A stretch of DNA of 64,000 nucleotides, taken from the NCBI GenBank assembly GCA_963781885.1, contig CAWAHW010000005.1, positions 160,001 through 224,000 of the forward strand. Reading direction: 5' to 3'. The notes beneath the pieces are model-generated. The model ran no database searches. It saw only the letters and a list, made by a program, of their open reading frames with translations, and was not told the origin of the DNA. This DNA comes from an uncultured Spirochaetota bacterium (lineage in GTDB: Bacteria > Spirochaetota > Spirochaetia > SZUA-6 > Fen-1364). Shown piece after piece: positions 10,177 through 18,452 of this stretch (the stretch's first letter is position 1; each line of letters opens with the position of its first letter). The translations under genes were made by a program, and so were the position numbers.

Positions 10177-11097
10177 ATGGTGTCGAAGGTGAGTGTGTCG
10201 TTGCGAAGGACGGCGGCGGTGCTTGTCATCCTGGCAAGCCTGGTGGCCGGCTCCGCCTTCGCGAGCCCGAAGGGAACCATAACCGTCGGCGGCAAGCTCG
10301 ACGTCGAGGCGCAATTGCTGACCGAGATGTACACGCAGTTGCTCCAGAACGGGGGCTACACTGTCAATGAGAAACTGGCGTTGGGAAACAGCATCATCGT
10401 CCACAAGGCCATCACGAGCGGCGTGATCGATCTCTACCCCGAGTTCACCGCGACCGGCCTGAACACCCTTGGGATCAAGTCATCGTACGATCCGCAAAAG
10501 GACTACCAGGCGGTCAAGAGCGGCTACGAGAAGAAGTTCCAGGTCACGTGGCTCGACATGGCTCCGCTGAACGACGGGTACGGGATCTGCACCACGACGG
10601 CGCTTTCCCAATCGCTCGGGATCATGACCATCTCCCAGCTCGTGCCGCAGGTCGCGCGGATCGTGCTCGCGTCGCCGAGTGACGGCATCGACTTCATCGA
10701 TGGTCTGAAATCTGCCTACGGCATCGATACAAGCAGCTTCAAGAGCCTGCAGAAGGTCGACTATTCAATCGGGTTCGCGTCTGTCGGCAGCGGGTCCGCC
10801 CAGATGTGCGTCGGGTACACCACCGATGGCTCGATCGCCAGCCAGGGCTACCTCTTCCTGACGGACGACAAGACCGGCTTCCCGCAGTTTCATCCCGCGC
10901 CCATCGTGCGCATGAGCGTGCTCACGAAGTATCCGGACATCGCGAAGATCCTGAACCCCCTCGCTCCCAAGCTGACGACGGACGTGAGCATCCAGCTGCA
11001 GGATCAGGTGGGCAAGCTGAAAACGAGCGGCATGTCGGTCACTGAGGCCGTCAAGCAGGTGGCGAAACAGTTCCTGCAGAGTGCCGGGTTGCTCTAA
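10177..11097 (+). CDS. Glycine betaine/choline-type ABC substrate-binding protein (OpuAC/OsmF family)
   Basis: Signal peptide, ITVGGKLDVEAQLL, IDLYPEFTATG, YTTDG, LTDDKTGFPQF; SD AAGGAGG. Confidence 0.9.
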   Translation: MVSKVSVSLRRTAAVLVILASLVAGSAFASPKGTITVGGKLDVEAQLLTEMYTQLLQNGGYTVNEKLALGNSIIVHKAITSGVIDLYPEFTATGLNTLGIKSSYDPQKDYQAVKSGYEKKFQVTWLDMAPLNDGYGICTTTALSQSLGIMTISQLVPQVARIVLASPSDGIDFIDGLKSAYGIDTSSFKSLQKVDYSIGFASVGSGSAQMCVGYTTDGSIASQGYLFLTDDKTGFPQFHPAPIVRMSVLTKYPDIAKILNPLAPKLTTDVSIQLQDQVGKLKTSGMSVTEAVKQVAKQFLQSAGLL

Positions 11098-11189
11098 AAG
11101 GGGACGGAGCCCGATCAACGCAGATGCCGACGAGCTGCGTTTTGGGCCCGCGCTCAGGTCTGTGAAGCGATAGAAGACATTTGTCGGTG

Positions 11190-11224
11190 CTGGAGCGACA
11201 TCGTTCTCCCGTCGCTCCAGTCTT
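11190..11224 (+). terminator. Strong hairpin after the ABC operon (possible terminator)
   Basis: Perfect 10-bp inverted repeat CTGGAGCGAC/GTCGCTCCAG followed by TCTT; U-tract is weak. Confidence 0.4.
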
Positions 11225-11453
11225 GCCGTCGGCGCCTACGCGCGGTCTGACCGCATCTCGCAGCGCGGTTCGCGACGCTGATGCCGACGATGAACCGCCC
11301 GTCCATGGACGCGCAAGGCGTGGCCGTCGATCGTGATGACGACCTTCGGTCAGATTCAGGCATTCTCCCTTTCAGGGGGCCGCTCGAAGTGACGCGAGGA
11401 GGGGCGTCGCCAGCTCTGTTGACAACATTCTGAAAAAGCCGTAAGGTCATTTA

Positions 11454-11576
11454 CAAGACTTGGCAAGGGAGGGAAGCGTATCTCTTGGCCGAGTAAGGGA
11501 ATGGCGGTCCGGTGCCAAGGCGTGACAACATCACGTAGCATCTCCGGACTCAAGTTCCGTTGCTCCTGCTTTTTTT
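11454..11576 (+). ncRNA. Candidate structured ncRNA (family unassigned)
   Basis: Upstream TTGACA-17-TAAGGT (11419-11447), two stem-loop domains, ends in T7; no credible ORF. Confidence 0.4.
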
Positions 11577-11631
11577 CCTTCGGGTGCCTTTGCGCGCCCG
11601 TCGCGGCCGCATACATTCCTGCGGCGACCTT

Positions 11632-11705
11632 CGGGCTGTAGCGCAGTTGGTAGCGCGTTCGGTTCGGGACCGAAAGGCCGGCGGTTTCAAACCCGCCCAG
11701 CCCGA
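11632..11705 (+). tRNA. tRNA-Pro (anticodon CGG)
   Basis: Acceptor CGGGCTG/CAGCCCG-A; D-arm GCGCAGTTGGTAGCGC; anticodon arm TTCGG-TTCGGGA-CCGAA; T-arm GGCGG-TTTCAAAC-CCGCC (one extra T). CCA is not encoded. Confidence 0.92.
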
Positions 11706-11949
11706 CAATTCACTATCTTATGGAGGGGCTCACCAGGGGCCCCGGTTGCATCGGTGGTATGATTTCACATTGCTTTTCACGGTCTATCGTACTGTGGTCC
11801 ATGGCGCCAAGGCCTGGGTCATCCGTTGCCTGACGGTGAAAAGATCAAACGCATCTTCGTTCACCCCGAAGCAGGCAAGCCTTTCGTCTCCCGGGGGACG
11901 CGGAGCGGCTCATCGAGGAGCTCCGCGCACAGTCGACGCGCGGATTCGG

Positions 11950-12555
11950 CACGAAGGTGGTGGATCTCGCGAAGTACCTCTTCCCTCTGATGGTCCGTGG
12001 GCGCAGCCTCAGGCGCGAAGGCGCGATGGCCGTTCGCTTGCCCCTCGTACGATCGCTGAGCACGAGCTGAACGCGCGCCCTACATATCATCCCGGGGATC
12101 GGCGAAGAGGCAATCCGCGATATCGACACGCAGGCGATCGATGCCTTCCTGTACTCGCTGGACGTTTCCGATCGCACGAGCTGTAATGTCGCCAGCACTC
12201 TCCGCGCGATCCTCAAGGAAGCCGTGTACCGCCGCATCATCACCGCGGTCCCGCCATCGAGCTCCCCGAGAAAAAAAGCCGCAAGCCGGCCGTGCTCACC
12301 CTGGATGAGCTCCACGCGCTTTCCCCGACGGGCCGTAGAGCGCTAATGAAGTTATGGGCAGGTGAAAAGACCCACCCGGAGATGCCCGGGGCCAGCCTTG
12401 CGCTCGCTGCGTGCCGAGCCGTCATGTTTTTCAGCGGCCTGCGTCCGCAGGAGGCCCGAGCGGTGCACCTCGACCAGCTCATCAAGCGACTGTCGGTATT
12501 GCTAGTGACCCGGAGCATGGACGGGGAGGGTGCGACACTTCACGAACTTGAATAG
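11950..12555 (+). pseudogene. Degenerate tyrosine recombinase (phage integrase) fragment
   Basis: Core-binding-like HIIPGIGEEAIRDIDTQAIDAFLYSL..LRAILKEAV and box I FSGLRPQEARAV in broken frames; no HxxR or catalytic Tyr; directly downstream of the tRNA. Confidence 0.7.
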
Positions 12556-12662
12556 GGCAATCGGGTAGGGTACGCCGCGGCCTTCCAGCCGGCACGGGGG
12601 TCGTGGACGGGCTACTAGGGTGACCCACCAGACTTCTGCAAGCTCAGTAGGCCGCGGGAACG

Positions 12663-12929
12663 TCAATAGAGCTCGGAGTGGGACCCAATACGCTCAAAAG
12701 TAATCTTTCCATTCGCGATACGATAAATCAGTGGAGTATCCGATTGAGGATGGCAACTCCGGTGGCCTTCCCAAGGACCGTGCAACGCATGATCATCAAA
12801 GGTCGGTGGTAGCGCACGTTCATTCACAAGTTCGTTCATGGCCCATTTGACAGGAGCGATGTTCTTTCCCGAGGCCTTCAGCTTCTTCCAGTCCTTTTTA
12901 AACTGGTGAGCACGGCCAGGGGTCAGCAT
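12663..12929 (-). CDS. yafQ: YafQ-family (RelE superfamily) mRNA interferase toxin
   Basis: FKKDWKKL, DHALHGPWEGHRSCH, LIYR, RIGSHSELY; TGATG coupling to the upstream gene. Confidence 0.85.
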   Translation of the reverse strand: MLTPGRAHQFKKDWKKLKASGKNIAPVKWAMNELVNERALPPTFDDHALHGPWEGHRSCHPQSDTPLIYRIANGKITFERIGSHSELY

Positions 12930-13141
12930 CAAGAATCGAGTTCGTTGAAAAGATCTTCGACGGATGCGAACTCAACGATATTCACGCCAGCTTCAGTCTC
13001 AGCCATTACTTGCTGGGTCATAGCATTCGGAACGAGAATCCCATTCGGACTGGCTGCGGTTTCCACGGTCATCAAAGAATCATAAGTCGCGGCCTGAGCC
13101 GTTGGTGATCTGGCTGGCGATTGTGTCATCACGAGCGTCAT
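12929..13141 (-). CDS. Putative antitoxin with DinJ/RelB-like C-terminus
   Basis: VPNAMTQQVMAETEAG..FASVEDLFNELDS acidic tail; SD GGAGG; coupled to the toxin. Confidence 0.7.
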   Translation of the reverse strand: MTLVMTQSPARSPTAQAATYDSLMTVETAASPNGILVPNAMTQQVMAETEAGVNIVEFASVEDLFNELDS

Positions 13142-13156
13142 CTATTCCTCCCGGCC

Positions 13157-13543
13157 CTATCTTGAGCCAATCAAATTGACCGGCACATTCCTGGAAATCA
13201 GCACCTGGCCATTAACAAGGAACTGCAGTACATATATGCCGGCTCTAACGATGATCGGAGGCACCATGAGAACAATCTCTACGCCACTTGTGGGATCCTG
13301 AATCTGCATTTCTCCCCCAGCCGAAAAAGCAACCTCCTGAGTATCCTCTCGCGCCAAGTTGAAAGTAAAAGTATTATGGCCCTGCAAGTTCTCAACTGCA
13401 GCGAAGAGATACCACGGCGGAATCTGGGCAGGGAATTGAGGAAGGTTGAACTTGCTAAACACCCCCACCAGGACCTTTTTTCCATTGTCTTCGGTGACGA
13501 TGACATCCGCCATAAGCAGGGCGGTCAATAGCGGTTCAGGCAT
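13157..13543 (-). CDS. Hypothetical beta-rich protein (DUF6941-like)
   Basis: LLMADVIVTEDNGKKVLVGVF..GIYVLQFLVNGQ pattern; 128 aa, low-GC codon usage. Confidence 0.65.
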   Translation of the reverse strand: MPEPLLTALLMADVIVTEDNGKKVLVGVFSKFNLPQFPAQIPPWYLFAAVENLQGHNTFTFNLAREDTQEVAFSAGGEMQIQDPTSGVEIVLMVPPIIVRAGIYVLQFLVNGQVLISRNVPVNLIGSR

Positions 13544-13716
13544 ACTTTCCCCATATAGACTCTCCTAAAAGTCTATCGTTACAATCTTCAGCGGTCAAGG
13601 ATAGAGACTGAAAATTCCATTTGAAGCTGCCAGATTTCTAATCTCGGGCCTCCCATGCGTCATTTTGACACAATCTCATCATTTCCGACCCTGGTATGGT
13701 CTCCAAGAAAGGCGGC

Positions 13717-13881
13717 CTATTCTTCTATTTCGTCCGTCTCGAACAGAAAGAAGGCTGGCCGTTTTGCTTCGACTTGCCTTAGACGTTGACTCAATTGCTC
13801 AATTTGAGCTTGTTTTCTTTTTCGTTCTACAAGCAACGTTCCAGGCGCCCTCTCCAGTTTCACCAGCAATTGGCGGAACAT
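13717..13881 (-). CDS. Possible 54-aa hypothetical protein
   Basis: Hand translation MFRQLLVKLERAPGTLLVERKRKQAQIEQLSQRLRQVEAKRPAFFLFETDEIEE*; no family recognised. Confidence 0.25.
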   Translation of the reverse strand: MFRQLLVKLERAPGTLLVERKRKQAQIEQLSQRLRQVEAKRPAFFLFETDEIEE

Positions 13882-13956
13882 CGTGAGGTATCCTTGTCCT
13901 GCAACTGATCCACGCCTCCTTGATCGTCTCCGCAGAGAAAGGCATAGGGCGACCTC

Positions 13957-14245
13957 CTATTTCTGGAGAAGGCCGTCCTCGATGCGGACCGGCGGAGTCG
14001 CTGAGATCAGGTGCGATAAATCGATGGAATTGGCATCTTGCACGAGGAAGTTGTACGATGATGCGTCGATGGTGACCGTTCCCGTCGATCCTACGCCGAG
14101 CTCGCCGGTGTCATTCGCAATTGCAAAAGAATAGCTCCCACTCGACGGGCCGGTGAAGGTCATGTCCGCGTTGAACGTCCACGCCGGCGCCGCTCCATTG
14201 CCACGTTCCTATGAAGGGATTCGCGTTGTAGCCAGTGACGATCGG
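13957..14245 (-). pseudogene. Fragment of an exported or lipoprotein-like gene
   Basis: NPFIGTWQWSG followed, after a frame change, by WTFNADMTFTGPSSGSYSF..; no N-terminus or signal peptide found. Confidence 0.35.
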
Positions 14246-14611
14246 CCGCAGCTCGCGAGTATCTCCTTGATAAGCCTTATTTCAACTCTCACAGTGATAC
14301 TCCGACGGAAAAAGAATGATGTCGCTGGACGATCCTTCCGATCGACGACAATGGAGTGGCGCCAAAGTCACTGCTTCCCGTTCGGACATTCCGCCTCGCC
14401 CATGGGCAGGATAGGTCAATCAGATTGAACCTGTGAAGAAAAAAGGCTCCTGAAGGCGATAGGGCGTGTCCTCCTCGTCATTCAAGCGAAAGAAATGACG
14501 ACCGCTCTCTCGCGTCTCATCGCGTTGATCGGCAAGGGGGCCTGTAGCCCGGCCTGCATGCATAGAACGGTGCGGTCCCCGGCGAATGCCCGCGCCCCGC
14601 GTGCGCCCTCT

Positions 14612-16153
14612 TCATGTCGAGTAGCCGGGGAAATAGTCGCTGCGGATGTGCCGGCGGGGCACCCCGACGTTTCGCAGGACGTTCTTCATCGTGTTCACCA
14701 TGCCAGGGGACCCGGAAACGAAGAAGTGGCGTGCGGCGAAATCGGGGACGTCGCGCCTGATCATCGCCGCATCGATGACGCCCGTACGGCCCTGCCAGCC
14801 CGTGCGGGCTTTTGCCTTGTTAGTGAGCGTGTGGACCACACGTACGCCGGCCTTCTTCTCCGCGTCGCAGAGCACGTCCTTGAAAACGATCTCCTCCTCG
14901 CGGTAATTCGAATAGAGAAGCACGATGTCGCGGCGCTGCCCGGTGTCCACAAGATATTTGATCATGCTGCGGAATGGCGTGATCCCGATCCCTCCTGCAA
15001 TGAAGGCAAGCGGCACCGACGGATCCTTCGGAAGCACAAAGTCGCCGCCCAGCTCCCCCGCGGTGATCGCGGAGCCCGGCTCCATGCGGGCCAGAAACTG
15101 CTTGTAGCGGGAAAGCGGGGGCGTGAAGCGCGCGGCAATCATGATGTCGGGCTCCGTCGGCGAGGAGGCGATGCTGAAATGACGCCTGCTTCCCCTGCTG
15201 TCCCCATGCGGGACGGGCAGCGTCCATTCCATGTACTGCCCCAGCTTGTGCGTGAAACCCGCGGGCTTTGCAAACGTGAAAGCCCAGATGCCGCTGCCGA
15301 TCTCACGCGACTCCTTCAAGGAAAGGCGTGCCTTGAAGCTCGGGCTCACGACGTAGGAAAACAGGTTCCCCACAAGGAGTGCATCTTCCGGTGTCAGGTT
15401 CTGGCCGAGTATCGTGAGCTGTGGCTGGTAGAGAAAAGCGACGATGGCGGCGTAGACGATCTGGAAGGGAAAGCTCTTTGGCGACGTCATGGGCTCCGTG
15501 AACATGACGGCGGTGAAGAATAAGAGCGACGTCTGGCCGAAGACAAATAGCACGCTCCGCAGAACAAGGTCGAGCGTGAGGCCCTGGACAAGGGCCAGCC
15601 CGACGTTGAAGACAAGGAATGCCCCGAGGAATACCCCGACGAGCCTAATCCTGCTCACTTTGCGTACCAGGAGCAGTCCGCCGACAACGACGAGGGGAAG
15701 GAGCGCCATGCTGCCCACCCACCAGCTTGCAAAGCTTCCGAATACGAGCCCTGAGAAGAGAGCGCCGATGGCGGCGGGATTGAATGCGTGCTGACGCCGC
15801 AGGGCCAGAAGGTATTTGGAGGCAATGGCGACAAGCCCGGCCAGGGCAATGATGCCCGCGTGGCGGACATCGGTGATGAGGGACGCGGGCGCGAGGATGA
15901 GGGCCAGGATGAGAGCCGTGATGAGGCTGGATTCGGGATTCGAGCGGATCCTGAAGAGCCGTGCAAAGAGCGCATTCGCGCCGACGCACGCGGCAAGGAG
16001 GATGGCCGTCGAGGAAAGGATGCCGATTGGGTCCACGGGCACGACCCCGAAGGCGCCCAGGACAATCCCGAGCCCGAGTAGGGCCGCAAGATAGTACAGG
16101 GTGAGCCTGTACATCGTGAAGCGGTTCAGGAATCTGTCGACGATCTGCATCAT
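14612..16153 (-). CDS. RnfD/NqrB-like membrane domain fused to an FNR-type FAD/NAD(P)-binding reductase
   Basis: About 9-10 TM with HAFNPAA and MFTEPMTSP; C-terminal RHFSIAS, GGIGITP, YSN, SGSPGM, DYFPGY. Confidence 0.85.
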   Translation of the reverse strand: MMQIVDRFLNRFTMYRLTLYYLAALLGLGIVLGAFGVVPVDPIGILSSTAILLAACVGANALFARLFRIRSNPESSLITALILALILAPASLITDVRHAGIIALAGLVAIASKYLLALRRQHAFNPAAIGALFSGLVFGSFASWWVGSMALLPLVVVGGLLLVRKVSRIRLVGVFLGAFLVFNVGLALVQGLTLDLVLRSVLFVFGQTSLLFFTAVMFTEPMTSPKSFPFQIVYAAIVAFLYQPQLTILGQNLTPEDALLVGNLFSYVVSPSFKARLSLKESREIGSGIWAFTFAKPAGFTHKLGQYMEWTLPVPHGDSRGSRRHFSIASSPTEPDIMIAARFTPPLSRYKQFLARMEPGSAITAGELGGDFVLPKDPSVPLAFIAGGIGITPFRSMIKYLVDTGQRRDIVLLYSNYREEEIVFKDVLCDAEKKAGVRVVHTLTNKAKARTGWQGRTGVIDAAMIRRDVPDFAARHFFVSGSPGMVNTMKNVLRNVGVPRRHIRSDYFPGYST

Positions 16154-16926
16154 GACTGGATGTACCTCGCAAAGCCCGGTGTGAACGTCGCGGTGCCTGT
16201 CTTTTCGATCATGTAGGCGTCGACATCCGGCAGCGACGCCAGGAAATTGACTCCGTCCCTGCCCATGGCGAACGCGGCGGTTGCAAAACGATCCGCTTCA
16301 TACACGTCGGGACCGATGACGGTCATGCTCGCGATCTCGTCCGCCGCCGTGCCTGTCCGCGGGTTCCAGATATGCGCGCCGCGGATATAGGTGCCGGAGG
16401 TGGCAATGCCGCGATTCGTGAGGGAAAGGCGGCGGACGAGCTTCGACGGCTCGAAGGGACTGCGGATGCCGATGGACCAGGGAGAGCCCTCGTCGTTGGC
16501 GCCGCGTATCTCCATGTCGCCGCCCGCTTCGATGCAAAAGCTGATGAAGCCGTCGTCGTCGAGCAGCCGCGCGGCGCGGGCAATGGCCCAGCCCTTGACC
16601 AGCCCACTGGGATCGAAGCGCCCCTTCGCGCGGACGTCGAAGTACCCGTCGGTCTCCCGGCGGGTCTGCTCGGAGAGCGCGAGCACCTCGCGCATCTCCA
16701 CGCTCGCCTCCGCTTCCGCGAGCTCGCCGCGGTCGATGCGGGAGGTTTCGCTTGTGGGCTTGTAGGGGCTGAACCTCTCGTCTACGTCGCGGAAAGAATC
16801 GAAGATGCTGCTTATCGCGTCGTCGACGGTGGAATGGCGCGCCCCGGCAGGGGCGCCGTCCATCCTCTCCCGATCGGGGATCGCCACGGTGATCGGCATC
16901 CCCATGATCAGCTCGGTGCGTTTCAT
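16150..16926 (-). CDS. apbE: FAD:protein FMN transferase (ApbE)
   Basis: MGMPI, FSPYKPTSETS, DPSGLVKGWA, AGGD, ATSG, HIWNP, ADRFATAAF. Confidence 0.92.
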   Translation of the reverse strand: MKRTELIMGMPITVAIPDRERMDGAPAGARHSTVDDAISSIFDSFRDVDERFSPYKPTSETSRIDRGELAEAEASVEMREVLALSEQTRRETDGYFDVRAKGRFDPSGLVKGWAIARAARLLDDDGFISFCIEAGGDMEIRGANDEGSPWSIGIRSPFEPSKLVRRLSLTNRGIATSGTYIRGAHIWNPRTGTAADEIASMTVIGPDVYEADRFATAAFAMGRDGVNFLASLPDVDAYMIEKTGTATFTPGFARYIQS

Positions 16927-17321
16927 ACGCCGGCCGGCTTCAGGGCTGCCTGGAGGGACTTGATGAATGCGTCGCTCGTGAACGTCGCGCCGCTGATGAA
17001 GTCCACCTTGTAGCTCTGCGCGCCGACGGCTTCCTGGATGAGGTAGGGGAGGGCGATGCCGTTGATGTAGTGCGACCTTCCGTTGTCGTTGGGATACTCG
17101 AGGACCTTCACGTCCGTGAGCGACCCGTTCTTGACGATGGCCTGCACTTTGACGTAGCCGTAGAAGGCGTATTCCCTCTTGCCCGTGAAGGCGCCGTCCT
17201 TCAACGTATAGGACACCTTTGTTGCGGGTGCCGCGAAGGCTCCCCCGGCCCCTGCCAGCAGGAGCGCCGCTGCGGAGGCCATGGCCGCCGCTGTCCGTCT
17301 GAACTGTCCGTTGTGCTTCAT
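16923..17321 (-). CDS. Exported FMN-binding (flavinylated) protein
   Basis: Signal peptide ending AFA; flavinylation motif VDFISGATFTS; SD GAGGAG. Confidence 0.9.
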   Translation of the reverse strand: MKHNGQFRRTAAAMASAAALLLAGAGGAFAAPATKVSYTLKDGAFTGKREYAFYGYVKVQAIVKNGSLTDVKVLEYPNDNGRSHYINGIALPYLIQEAVGAQSYKVDFISGATFTSDAFIKSLQAALKPAGV

Positions 17322-17341
17322 TTCCGTTCTCCTCTGCGTTC

Positions 17342-17388
17342 AGTGTCGGAAGCGAAGATGAAGAGGAGATGAAGCGACGGGAGATGAA
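17342..17388 (-). promoter_or_regulatory. Putative OmpR-family binding box (TTCATCT direct repeats) with -10 GACACT
   Basis: Plus-strand AGATGAA at 17356, 17367 and 17382; the 11-bp-spaced pair lies near the -35 region of the FMN-binding gene. Confidence 0.5.
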
Positions 17389-17417
17389 TGAAAAATTATA
17401 AAGCCGTTCGCGCGGGG

Positions 17418-18452
17418 CTATGCGGCGGGGAAACGGAGCGTGATCGTGGTGCCGGCGTTCGGCGTGCTTTCCGCGAGGAATGAGCCGCGGTGCTCCTCCA
17501 CCGTCGTGCGGACGATCGTGAGGCCGAGACCCGCGCCGCCGCCATGCGCGCCGCGGGCGCGGTCGCCGCGGAAGAACGGCTCCGTGATGTGGGGCAGGTC
17601 ATCCGGGTCGATCCCGATTCCGGTGTCTGTAACGCTGAGGATGACGTGGCTTCCCGCCCGGTGGACCTTCACCTTTACCTCCCCCCCGGCGCGCGTATAG
17701 GCCAGCGCATTTTCCAGCACGTTGAAAAGCGCCCGCTCAATGGCAAAGGAGTTGCCGCTGATGCAGGCCGCCGCGCCGGTTTCCGCTACCAGCCGGATAC
17801 CCGCCGATTCCGCGCGGCGCGCGAGCTTCGCGGTGAGGGCGCGCGCCGTCTGCGCGAGGTCCACCTTCGCAAGAGGCGTCGCAGCCGGGGCACCCGGCGC
17901 GCCGCTGCGGGCAAGATCGAGCATCTGCTCCACCATCGTCGACATCCGCGCGATCTCCTCCAGCGAGCTTTCGATCACCTTGCGCGCCTCTGCGCTCAGG
18001 CCGCCCGCGCGCAGCGTGACCTCCGCCTCGCTCCGCATGACCGCCAGGGGCGTGCGCAGGTCGTGGGCGGCGTTCGCGTAGAAGTTCTGCTCCTCCGCCA
18101 CGGCGGCGCGGATGGGACGGAGCGTTCGCGTGGCGAGCAGCCAGCTGAGCGCGCCGGCAGCCACGATCGTGATGATGTCGGCCATGACGATCGTGCGCCC
18201 CAGCGATTCGAGATATTCCGCGACGCCGGGCCGGTCATCAGGCCCTTCCGCGGGTGGAAGCCCGGCCACGGATCTCCTGTGGTCGATGCTCTCCACGTCG
18301 TGGGCGTGGAACTCGTACAGCGACGCGCTCAGGAGCACCACGATGGCGACGATGATCGCCAGGTAGAGGAGGGAGAGCTTTCGGCGCGCGGAGCGGAAGC
18401 GCTCAGCGCTTGAACCGGTATCCCGCGCCACGGAGTGTCTCGATGCGATCAT
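17418..18452 (-). CDS. Sensor histidine kinase (2 TM, short external loop)
   Basis: H-box AAHDLRTPL, N-box NVLENALAY, G1 DTGIGI, F-box FFRGD, G2 GAGLGL; start codon uncertain. Confidence 0.9.
   Translation of the reverse strand: MIASRHSVARDTGSSAERFRSARRKLSLLYLAIIVAIVVLLSASLYEFHAHDVESIDHRRSVAGLPPAEGPDDRPGVAEYLESLGRTIVMADIITIVAAGALSWLLATRTLRPIRAAVAEEQNFYANAAHDLRTPLAVMRSEAEVTLRAGGLSAEARKVIESSLEEIARMSTMVEQMLDLARSGAPGAPAATPLAKVDLAQTARALTAKLARRAESAGIRLVAETGAAACISGNSFAIERALFNVLENALAYTRAGGEVKVKVHRAGSHVILSVTDTGIGIDPDDLPHITEPFFRGDRARGAHGGGAGLGLTIVRTTVEEHRGSFLAESTPNAGTTITLRFPAA

Larger units (their letters stand above)
11706..14450. mobile_element. Decayed tRNA-Pro-associated genomic islet
   Basis: Integrase remnant, TA pair, gene fragments and visibly lower GC at about 12650-14450; right boundary approximate, no attR seen. 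Confidence 0.55.

Noticed and set aside
11501-11641. Small Cys-rich ORF (MAVRCQGV...) upstream of the tRNA
   Set aside because: It runs into the tRNA, has poor SD spacing and crosses a T-tract; RNA structure explains the region better.
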